Assembly: GCA_963820375.1 (NCBI GenBank)
Contig: CAWFZX010000016.1
Coordinates: 309,581-373,580, forward strand
DNA: 64,000 nt
Direction of reading: 5' to 3'
Source: an uncultured Alphaproteobacteria bacterium
GTDB taxonomy: Bacteria; Pseudomonadota; Alphaproteobacteria; Rhizobiales; Hyphomicrobiaceae
Shown: positions 29,259-43,991 of the stretch, piece by piece
How positions within the stretch are numbered: the first letter of the stretch is position 1
Layout: every line of letters begins with the position of its first letter
Translations under genes and position numbers: made by a program
Notes under the pieces: model-generated
Told to the model about the DNA's origin: nothing
The model's database searches: none
Seen by the model: the letters and a program-made list of their open reading frames with translations, nothing else

Positions 29259-30665
29259 ATGGCGTCGGCAGGAGGGTTGGTGCGGGGCGGAGTGTGGAGC
29301 GCGCTGCGCAATGGCACGGCGAATAAGGCCGAGGCGCCGGCGCACAGCCCGCGCGGCCGCGAAAAGTTTCTGCCCATCACGCGTGACGCCCTGCTCGACC
29401 GGCTGACGCACGCAGCGGGCTGGCCCGCCGGCGAGGCTGCCGAGGCTCGCCGGCTGATGCGCTATCTCGACTATTGGCGCCGACATTCTTATGCCCGCGC
29501 CCTGCTCGAGCTCGAGCAGCTCTATGAACCGTTCAGCCCCGACAGCGATCTGCTCACCACGCGTGTTTTCTCCCCGTCAGAGAAGCTCGCCATGCAAAAG
29601 CAGGTGGTCGAGCAAATGCAACGTTTCCTGGTGCAGGCCAACTTTGAGCACGTTGACCCTGCGGATGTGAAAATCATCCTGACCAAGGATTCCTACTATG
29701 GTCTCGATTTGCAGGTTGACCTGCGGGCGTTCGAGGAGATCTCGATCTTTTATCGCGGCGCCAACACGATCACGGAACGCAGGCGCACGGCCAAGCGGCT
29801 CTTTCTGTGGCACGAGGAAGTGAAAATTCCCGTGTTCCAGCGCCTTTTTCTGCTGTTCAAGCTCAAACCGTTCGAGGTGCGGGTGCGCGAAGTCATGCGC
29901 GAGCAGGCCCTGGAGCGCAAGGATGCGGAAAAATTTGTCAAGCGCATCCGTGGGCGGCTGCCGGAGTCGGTGAAGAGCGACTTTATCTACATGAAGCTCT
30001 TCAAAAACATCCCGCGCACCGACATCGAAATGATCTTCCCCAACACCAAGGTGCAATTTCGCTTGTTCGACAAAATCAAATTCGGTGTCACGGCGGGGAG
30101 CGGTCTCGGCATGGGGGTGGTCGGCACGGTCGGCAAGATTGCGCTGGTCTCGACCAATCCTCTCGCCCTGCTTGGCGCGCTGGCCGGGCTCGGGGGCGTG
30201 GCGATGCGGCAGGCCTCGAACTTCATCAACCAGCGCAATCGCTACATGATCGTGATGGCCCAAAACCTCTACTTCCATGCCCTGGCCGACAATCGCGGTG
30301 TCATGACCCTGCTGGCGGATCGCGCCGCCGAGGAGGACGTCAAAGAAGAGATGCTGCTCTACAGCGCGCTCGCCAAGGAGGCGGTGCATGTGCGGGACCT
30401 GAAGGCGGTCGATGAGGCCATCGAGGCCTATCTCAAGGACACGTTCGACCTCGACGTCAACTTCGACATTTCCGATGCGCTCGGGCGCCTCAAGCAAGAC
30501 GGCCTGATCACGGAGCTGCCTGACGGAACGCTGCGGGCGCTTGCGCCGCACGCCGCCGCCAACCAAATCGACAAACTGTGGGATCAATGCCTCGATCAGC
30601 TGCCCGATCAGCCGTTCGCCGGGCGCGAATTCGATGGTGCGACGGGCGGACCGGCGGCAGCCTAG
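29259..30665 (+). CDS. DUF3754 (TMEM143-like) domain protein
   Basis: 468 aa. Blocks FIYMKLFKNIPRTDIEMIFPNTKV.FRLFDKIK and a glycine-rich TM hairpin (GVTAGSGLGMGVVGTVGKIAL) are typical of DUF3754. Confidence 0.6.
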   Translation: MASAGGLVRGGVWSALRNGTANKAEAPAHSPRGREKFLPITRDALLDRLTHAAGWPAGEAAEARRLMRYLDYWRRHSYARALLELEQLYEPFSPDSDLLTTRVFSPSEKLAMQKQVVEQMQRFLVQANFEHVDPADVKIILTKDSYYGLDLQVDLRAFEEISIFYRGANTITERRRTAKRLFLWHEEVKIPVFQRLFLLFKLKPFEVRVREVMREQALERKDAEKFVKRIRGRLPESVKSDFIYMKLFKNIPRTDIEMIFPNTKVQFRLFDKIKFGVTAGSGLGMGVVGTVGKIALVSTNPLALLGALAGLGGVAMRQASNFINQRNRYMIVMAQNLYFHALADNRGVMTLLADRAAEEDVKEEMLLYSALAKEAVHVRDLKAVDEAIEAYLKDTFDLDVNFDISDALGRLKQDGLITELPDGTLRALAPHAAANQIDKLWDQCLDQLPDQPFAGREFDGATGGPAAA

Positions 30666-30818
30666 AATGGCAGCAAGCGGCGCGCCCGCATTGCGCTCGC
30701 ACTCAGGCGCGAAGTGGGGCAGGATTGCGCGTCGTCGTGTTGTCGGTTGGCGCTCGTGACGGGGCCGCGCGAGGCCTTGTGCGCACGGGCCAAAGCCGCC
30801 CTCCCCCCAAGGAGTTGC

Positions 30819-32642
30819 ATGTTTCAAACCTACGAGGCACCTCAATCCGGCGGCGGCCAGGGCGACCGCGTGCGCCAGCTGCGCCAGCTGATGGCGCAGC
30901 TGGGGGTCGATGCCCTGCTGGTGCCGCGCGCGGATGAACATCAGGGCGAGTATGTGGCCCGCTCGGCGGAGCGATTGGCCTGGCTCACGGGTTTTACGGG
31001 CTCGGCGGGCCTGGCCGTCGTCGCCCGCTCGGCGGCGGCCCTCTTGGTCGACGGGCGCTACCTGGTGCAGGCGCCCACACAGGTCGATACCCGCCTGTTT
31101 CAAGTCCTGCAGGTGCCGCAAGCCAAACTATCCGATTGGCTGATCGCCACCCTGAAGACGGCTGAGATGGTCGGCTACGATCCGTGGCTGCACACGGAGG
31201 CCAGTATCGCCGAGCTCGGCCAGGCGCTCGAGCCCAAGGGCATCAAGCTCAAAGCGCTGGCAAGAAACCCCGTCGACCGGGTGTGGGGGCGCGAGCGTCC
31301 GGCGCCGCCTCAGGGGGTTGTGTTCCCGCACGCCCTGGCCTACGCCGGCAAGTCGGGCCAACAGAAGCTGAGCGAGCTGCAGACGACGCTGCGCCGTGAA
31401 GCTGCCGATGCGGTCATCCTGACACAACCCGACTCGATTGCGTGGCTCTTCAATATCCGCGGCTCGGATGTGGCGCACAATCCGGTGCCGCTCGCCTTTG
31501 CCGTCGTACCCGTTGCCGGCAAAGCCGAGCTCTTTATCGACAAGGCCAAGATCGGCCGGGAGGTCAGGGAGCATCTGGCGGGCTTGGCCAAGATCAGCGA
31601 CCCGGCCGACCTCGAGCGCCGTCTGGCCAGCCTGAAAAAAGCCGGCAAACGCGTGCGGCTTGATCCCCACACGGCGGCCAGCTGGTTTTTCCGCAAGCTC
31701 AGGGGCGGCAAGGGGCGCGTTGTGCGCGGCGTCGATCCCTGTGTTCTGCCCAAGGCACGCAAAAATGCCACGGAAATCCGCGGTGCCCGCGCCGCCCACC
31801 AGCGCGATGGCGCCGTCATGGCACGCTTCTTGGCCTGGCTCGATCGCGAAGCGGGAGCCGGCATGGTCGACGAGATCTCCGCCGCGCGCCAGCTGGAGAT
31901 CCTGCGCAGCGAGACCCAGGCGCTCAAGGAAATCAGTTTCGATACGATTTCCGGCTCGGGGCCAAACGCCGCCATCGTGCATTATCGAGTGACGACGGCG
32001 AGCAACCGAAAATTGCAGCCGGGCCAGCTCTACCTGGTCAACTCGGGGGCCCAGTATCTCGACGGCACCACCGACATCACGCGCACGGTGGCCATCGGCG
32101 CCCCCACCCGGGAGATGCAGGAGCGCTTTACGCTCGTGCTCAAAGGCCACATCGCTATTGCCACGGCGCGCTTTCCCAAGGGGACGCGCGGGGTTGACCT
32201 TGACCCGTTCGCGCGACGGGCCCTGTGGCAGGCCGGCCTCGACTTTGAGCATGGCACCGGACATGGCGTCGGCAGCTACCTGTCCGTGCACGAGGGCCCG
32301 CAAAACATCTCCAGGCGCGGCATGACCGCCTTGGAACCCGGCATGATCCTGTCCAACGAGCCCGGCTACTACAAGGAAGGTGCCTACGGCATTCGTATCG
32401 AGAACCTGCTTCTGGTGGAGGAGGCAGCCCTGCCTGCTGGCGGCGAGCGCGAGATGATGGGCTTTGCAACCTTGACGCTGGCACCGATCGATCGGCGGTT
32501 GATTGTTGCGGCCCTGCTCTCGGACCAGGAATTGGCATGGCTCAACGCCTATCATGCGCGCGTGCTCAAGGAGATTGGCCCGGAGCTCGGTGCCGCCGAC
32601 CGCGCCTGGCTGGCGGCGGCGACGGCGCCGATCGCGCGCTAG
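30819..32642 (+). CDS. Aminopeptidase P family (M24B) protein
   Basis: AAGGAG RBS. MFQTYEAP..., N-terminal creatinase-like repeats, pita-bread motifs (DGTTDITRT, HGTGHGVGSYLSVHE, SNEPGYY). 607 aa. Confidence 0.85.
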   Translation: MFQTYEAPQSGGGQGDRVRQLRQLMAQLGVDALLVPRADEHQGEYVARSAERLAWLTGFTGSAGLAVVARSAAALLVDGRYLVQAPTQVDTRLFQVLQVPQAKLSDWLIATLKTAEMVGYDPWLHTEASIAELGQALEPKGIKLKALARNPVDRVWGRERPAPPQGVVFPHALAYAGKSGQQKLSELQTTLRREAADAVILTQPDSIAWLFNIRGSDVAHNPVPLAFAVVPVAGKAELFIDKAKIGREVREHLAGLAKISDPADLERRLASLKKAGKRVRLDPHTAASWFFRKLRGGKGRVVRGVDPCVLPKARKNATEIRGARAAHQRDGAVMARFLAWLDREAGAGMVDEISAARQLEILRSETQALKEISFDTISGSGPNAAIVHYRVTTASNRKLQPGQLYLVNSGAQYLDGTTDITRTVAIGAPTREMQERFTLVLKGHIAIATARFPKGTRGVDLDPFARRALWQAGLDFEHGTGHGVGSYLSVHEGPQNISRRGMTALEPGMILSNEPGYYKEGAYGIRIENLLLVEEAALPAGGEREMMGFATLTLAPIDRRLIVAALLSDQELAWLNAYHARVLKEIGPELGAADRAWLAAATAPIAR

Positions 32643-32674
32643 CGCATCCCCAGCGGGCGCTCGCTGGCGTGGCG

Positions 32675-34595
32675 CTAAAGATTTAGCACGCGCTGAAGAA
32701 ACAGCAGCTCCGCTGCGAGCACGGCGATGATCGTCTCCGCGCGCCGAAAGCCGTGCGCCTCGCCGGCAAATTCGTGATAGCCGACCTCGACCCCGCGCTG
32801 GCGCAATTTGGCCACCATGCGACGGGACTGCTCGGGTGGAACCACCCGGTCCTCGAGACCCTGAAACAGAATGACGGGGGCGTTGATCGTTTCGATGAGG
32901 TTGAGCGGCGAGCGGGCGGCGAACACCTGCTGCCATTTGCCAGGTTTCGTTCCCAGCAGGCGGTGCAAATAGCCCGATTCGAACTTGTGCGTGTGCGCCA
33001 GCAACAGCGCCAGATCGGAAACACCGTAATGGCAGCTGCCGGCCGCAAACGCGCTGGTGGTCGCCAGCGCCATCAGGGTCGTGTAGCCGCCGGCGCTGCC
33101 GCCGGAAATGGCGATCCTGGCGCCATCGGCGAGGCCGGCGCGGGCGAGATATTTGGCCCCCGCCGCGCAATCGGCCACGTCGGCGATACCCCATTGCCCA
33201 TCGAGCCGTTGCCGGTAGGCACGCCCGAAGCCGGTGCTGCCGGAGTAATTGATGTCGAAGACGGCAAAGCCGCGGCTGGTATAGAACTGGGTGCGCATCT
33301 TCAAGCCGGCATCGGTCATGCTGGTCGGGCCGCCGTGCACGCACATGAGGGCGGGCGGCAAGGCCCCGGCCGGCCCGCGATGCGAGGCGTTGGCAGGGGC
33401 ATAGTAAATGCCATAGACGGTGCGCCCGCCGGCGCTGCGAAAGGCCAGCACGCGGCCGACGCTCAGGCTGCTTTTCGGGATTTTGCTGGGCAGCGCGGTC
33501 GGCGGCGAGACGGCAAAAGCCTTGCGCTCGCGTCGGCCGATCCGCATCACCTGCGGCATCGCTGTCGGGCGGCTGATCAGCGCGGCAAAGCCATCGCCAA
33601 AGGCAACGGGGTCGTCGATGCGCGCGGTGGCGGCCGCCATCTGCCGGTAGCTGGTGAGCCGACCGTTGCGGGGATCGCGCACCTCGAACTGGGGCCTGCC
33701 GTGACGCAGCGAGACGGCCCCGATGCGGCCGTCGGGCGCAACGGCATAGCTGCGCAGGCCGAACACCCATTGCGGCCGGGACAGCTCGGCGCCTTTTTTG
33801 CCATGCAGGCGCCGCAGCTTGCGGCCGTCCCAGGCGTAAAGCTGTCCCCAGCCGCTGTCGTCCAGGACAAAGCTCAGTTGCCCATCCGCAGCGTGCCAGG
33901 TCGGCTGAAAGGCGGCGCAGCCATTGCCCCCCGCAATCGGGCGGGCGTGCCCGAGCCCACCGTCCGGGCGCAGCTTGGCGACGTATAAGGTGGCGCTGTC
34001 CCAGGGCATGTCCGGAAGATCCCAGGCGAGAAAGGCGATCTGCGTGCCGTCGGGGGAGAGACGTGGCGTTGCATAAAAATCGTGCGCGGCGGCGAGCTCG
34101 CTGACCTGGCCCGCCGGGGCGGCGAGGGCCACGCCAACAAGGCTGTTGCGGGGGGCGGTGGCTGCGCCTTTGCCCGCATGGCGCTCGCCGACCCCGATCA
34201 AGCGCTGGCGCGCTTGATCCAGAGTGAGATCGGCAAAACGCATGTTGGCTGCGTTGGTGAGGCGGGCGGGGGCCTCGCCGGCCCGGAAGGCATAGATCTG
34301 CTGGTCCCCGTCGTTGCTGAAATAGATGATCTCGCCCGCAACCAGGAATTCACCGCCGCCATATTCGTGCACGCGCGATCGGGCCGAAAAGGGCGCCGGC
34401 AAGAGCTCGCGCACCGTACCGTCGGCTATCTCCGCGCAGGAGGGTTTGGCGGCCCTGCTCCTCCGGCCGGGATTCGCTCCAATAGAGGGCACCAGCCTCC
34501 GCCTGCAGCGCGCCGAAGCGCCGGCTGCCGGCCGCGGCCATGCGGGCTGTGATCGGCGAGGGCCAATGTCCAAAGCGGGTGCGCTCTTTTCCCAT
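32675..34595 (-). pseudogene. S9 family serine peptidase (prolyl oligopeptidase/dipeptidyl aminopeptidase-like), N-terminus frameshifted (or an assembly indel)
   Basis: The catalytic domain (GGSAGGYTT, C-terminal Asp/His region) and most of the propeller lie in ORF 32675..34657. The family-typical N-terminus MGKERTRFGHWPSPITARMAAAG...ALYWSESRPEEQGR is in another frame starting at ATG 34595. The frames join at about 34428-34440. Confidence 0.75.
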
Positions 34596-35017
34596 GGGGT
34601 GGCCTCGGGTGGCGGCTCGGGGCCTTGCGCCCACAACACGGCAAAAAAATCTCGCATCCGGGGTGCGCGAGACGCAAATCATCTTTGCACCGCGAAATAG
34701 GTCAGCTATGCTGTCCTTTACGTCGGGAGGCCCGGCCGCGGCGCGACCCGTGCCGGCGGCAGGATCTTCTGGCCAACGATCTGGGGTAAGATCAGCCGCC
34801 TGGACCGCGGCCTCAGTGCTGCTCAAGGAGCCATCGTCCGATCCGGCAGACGAGGCCAAGGCAGCACGGAGAGGCCGGCCCAACGGACCGGGGGCGTCCA
34901 GCTCCGCGTGCATGGCTGCTCACTGCCGACGCCCAGCCTTTGGGGCGGAAGGGGCTCCTGCGCGTAAGCGCCCTAGGCCCGAGATTTAAGGTGTAAACAG
35001 CCGGAAGGCCAAGGCCG

Positions 35018-39733
<4,716 letters not shown>

Positions 39734-39795
39734 AGGCAGCAGAGGCGCACAACCGACGGCAAGCGCAGCAGTGTTCGGCACGGGCGATTTTTGTC

Positions 39796-40401
39796 ATGAA
39801 GATCTACGGCGATCTGGGGTCTGGGAACTGCCTGAAGGTCAAGTATGTGGCCGACCAGCTTGGGCTTTCCTACGCCTGGGTGCCGATCGACCTCAGCAAG
39901 GGTGAGACGCGCACACCGCAGTTTCTGGCCGCCTTTCCGATGGCGCAAATCCCGGCCGTGGACTTCGGCGACGGGCGCCGGCTTGCCCAGTCCAACGCCA
40001 TTGTGCGCTACCTGGCTGACGGCAGCCGGCTCCTGCCCAGCGACAGGTTCATTGCGGCCAAGATCGATGAGCTGATGTTCTGGGAGCAATACAGCCACGA
40101 GCCCTATCTGGCGGTGTGCCGCTTTCACATGGTCTATCTCGGCCGGGCGAAAGAGACGCGCGATCAACAGCGCGTCGAGCGCGGCGAGCAGGCGCTCGAT
40201 TTCATGGATAGGCTGTTGCAAGGGCGGCAATGGCTGGTCGGCCAGGCCATGTCGATTGCCGACATCGTCTTGTTGCCGTACACGCGTCTTTCTCCCGAGG
40301 GGGGCTTCGACCTTGCTCGGCGGCAGCATGTCCGCTCCTGGATCGCGCGCTGCGAACACGAACTCAAGCTGGAGCGGGCTCCAGCCAAAGCCTTGGAGTG
40401 A
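39796..40401 (+). CDS. Glutathione S-transferase family protein
   Basis: MKIYGDLGSGNCLKVKYV...IPAVDF...SNAIVRYLA (thioredoxin-like N-domain) plus a helical C-domain. Start at the internal ATG 39796. Confidence 0.8.
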   Translation: MKIYGDLGSGNCLKVKYVADQLGLSYAWVPIDLSKGETRTPQFLAAFPMAQIPAVDFGDGRRLAQSNAIVRYLADGSRLLPSDRFIAAKIDELMFWEQYSHEPYLAVCRFHMVYLGRAKETRDQQRVERGEQALDFMDRLLQGRQWLVGQAMSIADIVLLPYTRLSPEGGFDLARRQHVRSWIARCEHELKLERAPAKALE

Positions 40402-40413
40402 GGTCGGCGACCG

Positions 40414-41850
40414 ATGGGCAAGATCACCGGCTTCATGGAGTTCGAGCGTCGCGACCGCGGCTATCGAGCGGTCGAGGAACGCCTGAAGCATTGGCGCGAA
40501 TTCGTGGTTCCGCTGTCAGAGCAGGACACCAAGGTGCAGGCGGCGCGCTGCATGGACTGCGGCATCCCCTATTGCCACACTGGCTGTCCGGTCAACAATC
40601 AGATCCCGGACTGGAACGATCTTGTCTACCGCGGGCAATGGAAGGTGGCAGCCCGCAATCTGCATTCGACCAACAATTTTCCCGAGATTACCGGGCGCGT
40701 GTGTCCAGCGCCCTGCGAGGCATCCTGCACGCTCAACATCGACGATAAGCCGGTGACGATCAAGACCATCGAATGCGCCATCGCCGACAGGGCGCTGGCC
40801 GAGGGCTGGGTGGCGGCCGAACCGCCGGAGAAACGCACGGGCAAAAAGGTGGCGATCGTCGGCTCGGGCCCCGCCGGCCTGGCGGCGGCGCAACAGTTGG
40901 CGCGCGCCGGCCACGAGGTGCACGTCTACGACAAGCATGCCGCGCCCGGCGGGCTGCTGCGCTACGGGATCCCCGACTTCAAGATGGAAAAAGGCATCGT
41001 CGAGCGGCGCGTCAAGCAGATGGAAGCCGAAGGGGTCATCTTCCACTGCAATGTGCACGTCGGTCGGGACGTGGCGGCGCAAGAGCTGGAGGCGCAGCAC
41101 GACGCGCTGCTGTTGGCGGCTGGTTCCGAGCGGCCGTTCGATTTTTTTGCGAAAGCGCCGGGTCGCCAACTCGAAGGCTTGGTGTTTGCCATGACGTTTC
41201 TGCCGCAGCAGAACCGGCGGGTGGCGGGTCAGCCCCAGCGCGATGAGCCGCAGATCACGGCCGAGGGCAAGCATGTCATCGTCATCGGCGGCGGCGATAC
41301 CGGTAGCGATTGCATCGGCACCTCCTTCCGCCAGGGCGCCAAGTCGGTTACCCAGCTCGAGATCATGCCGCAGCCGCCCGATAAGGAGAACAAGGCGTTG
41401 TCATGGCCGCACTGGCCGCTCAAGCTGCGCATCTCCTCAAGCCAGGCCGAGGGGGCAAAAACCGAATATTCGATCTCGACCACAGGCTTTGCCGGTAGCA
41501 ATGGCAAGGTCTCCAAACTGCTCTACACGCGCGTCGACCAGGCCCTCAAGCCGATTCCCGGCAGCGAGGGCGCGTTGCCTGCCGACCTCGTGCTGTTCGC
41601 CATGGGCTTTTCCGGTCCGGAGGAAGACGACGTGGTCGCCGAGCTGGGCCTGACGGTGGTTCCGCGCGGGCGCTTCAAGGGGCTCGACGCCAACGAGCGC
41701 GATTATCGCATCAAGAGCCGAAACAAGCTGTTTGCGGCCGGAGACGTCCGGCGCGGCCAAAGCCTGGTCGTGTGGGCTATTCGCGAGGGCCGGCAAGCCG
41801 CGCACGCCATCGACAGCTTCCTGATGGGCCGCAGCGACCTGGCGCGCTGA
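40414..41850 (+). CDS. gltD: Glutamate synthase small subunit (NADPH)
   Basis: Fe-S cysteines ([18 protein letters not shown]). Rossmann motifs [14 protein letters not shown] and [13 protein letters not shown]. Confidence 0.95.
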   Translation: MGKITGFMEFERRDRGYRAVEERLKHWREFVVPLSEQDTKVQAARCMDCGIPYCHTGCPVNNQIPDWNDLVYRGQWKVAARNLHSTNNFPEITGRVCPAPCEASCTLNIDDKPVTIKTIECAIADRALAEGWVAAEPPEKRTGKKVAIVGSGPAGLAAAQQLARAGHEVHVYDKHAAPGGLLRYGIPDFKMEKGIVERRVKQMEAEGVIFHCNVHVGRDVAAQELEAQHDALLLAAGSERPFDFFAKAPGRQLEGLVFAMTFLPQQNRRVAGQPQRDEPQITAEGKHVIVIGGGDTGSDCIGTSFRQGAKSVTQLEIMPQPPDKENKALSWPHWPLKLRISSSQAEGAKTEYSISTTGFAGSNGKVSKLLYTRVDQALKPIPGSEGALPADLVLFAMGFSGPEEDDVVAELGLTVVPRGRFKGLDANERDYRIKSRNKLFAAGDVRRGQSLVVWAIREGRQAAHAIDSFLMGRSDLAR

Positions 41851-41961
41851 AAAAAGGCGAGCCAGGGAAAATCTTAAGCTTTGGGTGTGGTCTTGATCTG
41901 GCCAGCGCCGGCCCTACGTGCTCAGATACGTCGTGTCCGATCTCAGCAGGCAGGGTATGCC

Positions 41962-42360
41962 ATGAACGCTCCGGTCGAGGTGCATTTCCACGGGATTCAG
42001 AAAAGTGAGGCCATTGAACAACGCGTGCGCGACAAGGTTGCCAAGCTGGAGAAGCATTTCGGTGGCATGACGAGTTGCCGCGTCGTGCTCGAAGCCGCCC
42101 AGCGCAACGCGCTCAAGCCGAAGGTCTATAACATCAAGATCGAGATCGGCGTCCCGCGCCGACGGCCCATCGTCGTTAGCCACGAGCGCATTGGCAGCCA
42201 TGCCAGCGAAGAACTGTCGATGGCCTTGCGCGAGGCCTTCGAGGTCGTCTTGCGCAAGATGGATGGCGTGGCCATCAAGCGCACCCAGCGAAGCAAACTC
42301 GAGCGTGGTCGCCGCCGACCAAGCGGCGCGCGCAACCTGCCCAACGAGCCCGCTCAATGA
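41962..42360 (+). CDS. HPF/RaiA-family ribosome-associated protein (short form)
   Basis: MNAPVEVHFHGIQKSEAIEQRVRDKVAKLEKHF... shows the typical sigma54-modulation/RaiA fold pattern. Basic C-terminal tail. Confidence 0.6.
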   Translation: MNAPVEVHFHGIQKSEAIEQRVRDKVAKLEKHFGGMTSCRVVLEAAQRNALKPKVYNIKIEIGVPRRRPIVVSHERIGSHASEELSMALREAFEVVLRKMDGVAIKRTQRSKLERGRRRPSGARNLPNEPAQ

Positions 42361-42400
42361 GCCCGCCCAATGCGATGGTAAGCCCCTGCAAGGGGAGCGC

Positions 42401-43762
42401 TTAGCTGCGCGGTGGCGCCGGCTTCGGCGCGGTCGGGCGCGGCCGGCGGACCGGTTCGGGCTCCGGTAGGTCGGGCTCGACGCGCGGCCAGGCGAGGTCA
42501 TCGGCACGGCCGGGCTTTGCCTGTAGGCGCTCGCCTTTAATCAGGACATGATAATAGGGGGCCTGGCTGGGGGCTTGCCGCCGGTTCAATGCCGAGCCGC
42601 TGGTCGCCGGCGTAATCGAACTCAAGACCACGAGCCCGCCGCCAATGTCGTCGGCGACCACGTCACCCATCGCAGTAGCGCGCTCGCTCGATTGATTGCG
42701 GGTCACCAGGGCCACCACGGCTGAAGGGATGGCCGGCCGTGGCAGGTCGAGCGTGTGGGATTCCTCGCGACCGGTGGCACTGATGCTTTTCAGGGTGATG
42801 CGGCCGTGCTCGGCTTTCTGGTCCAAAACCCCGTCCGTCGGGGCAGCCATGGCGGGTGGGCTGGGAGCAGGGTTTTGCTTGGCATCGCTGGCGCTGGCCG
42901 GGCTGTTTTTCGCACTGCCGGCATCCGCATCCGCAGGGGCGCGCGGCCGCAACGCACTGATGCGCTCCTGCTCGCTTTCGCTGCCGGCCAGCGGGATCGA
43001 TCGTTCCTTGCGGGCCTGCGACAGATCGCGCTTGAGTTCCTGCTCGACGAACAGGGCGAGTTTGCGGTTGCCCGCATAGGTGAACAAGACGCCATCGGCC
43101 TCCCGCAGCAGGCGCTGGCGGCCCGTGATGTCGGGACCATAGGCGGCGTAGTTGCCGGCCTCGTCGGCAAATTGCGCCTGAATGTCGATGAATTTGATGC
43201 CGTTGAGATAGGTCTTGTCGCGGACGATATCGTTCATCATCTGGGCGGGGTCGTTGACCTCGAAGCGGCGCATGATGGGTTGGCTCACCCAATAAAGCGC
43301 CAGGTTCCGGCGCTTCAAGACCTTGATAAAGCGATCGACCCGGCGGCCGTACTCCTCGCGCCATTCCGGCGATCCCAAGACGAAGCGCTCACGGGCGTCC
43401 TGGCGGATGGAAATGCGGTCGCCATAGCCAATCATGATGACGCCGATATGGATCACCTCGCGTGAGGCCTCCTCCGCCTTCATTTCGGTGTCGAAATCGG
43501 CCCGCGCGATGCCGGCCAAGGGGCGATGCTTGCGGGCAACCTGGACCCGGCGGTCGGTGGCAAAGGCTTCCGCAAGGCCATCGACCAAACCCTCGGCAAA
43601 GGCATCGCCGTAGACCTGCAGCTTGTAGGTGTCGCCCTCCGGAAACGGCGTGAGATAGCTCGTCCCCGAGGGGAGGTCCTGCGCCACCGCGATCCTCGCC
43701 CCACCCAAGAGGACGAAGACGACCGTGGCCAGCGCTCCCCAGTATTGGCAATAAGACGGCAT
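42401..43762 (-). CDS. SGNH/DUF459-like hydrolase with a long low-complexity C-terminal extension
   Basis: Signal or anchor at MPSYCQYWGALATVVFVLLGG. DUF459-like body (VYGDAFAEGL..., IGVIMIGYGDR, YWVSQPIM). Ala/Pro/Ser-rich second half. Confidence 0.6.
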   Translation of the reverse strand: MPSYCQYWGALATVVFVLLGGARIAVAQDLPSGTSYLTPFPEGDTYKLQVYGDAFAEGLVDGLAEAFATDRRVQVARKHRPLAGIARADFDTEMKAEEASREVIHIGVIMIGYGDRISIRQDARERFVLGSPEWREEYGRRVDRFIKVLKRRNLALYWVSQPIMRRFEVNDPAQMMNDIVRDKTYLNGIKFIDIQAQFADEAGNYAAYGPDITGRQRLLREADGVLFTYAGNRKLALFVEQELKRDLSQARKERSIPLAGSESEQERISALRPRAPADADAGSAKNSPASASDAKQNPAPSPPAMAAPTDGVLDQKAEHGRITLKSISATGREESHTLDLPRPAIPSAVVALVTRNQSSERATAMGDVVADDIGGGLVVLSSITPATSGSALNRRQAPSQAPYYHVLIKGERLQAKPGRADDLAWPRVEPDLPEPEPVRRPRPTAPKPAPPRS

Positions 43763-43991
43763 GTTCGTTGCTTTGGTCCCAGGACCCCGCAGGCGCAAGA
43801 CCGGGGCTTCTTTCACGCATGCTTAAACGCGTCACGCCAGGCCCGTCAGGCCAAGGACGTCACACCAAATCTGCCACGCCTGCTGCGGCAGCAGGGAGAT
43901 GGCGCGGCCCAGCATGCGTGAGTTCGCCCATCGTCGCAAGGGAGGTGAAGGCCTGCAGCCAACCATGGCTGCAGCATGACCGCCGGGAAGC

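Noticed and set aside
31128-33770. 880-aa minus-strand ORF
   Set aside because: It is antisense to the aminopeptidase P gene and out of frame with the S9 peptidase gene. The translation is Arg/Pro/Gly-rich nonsense.
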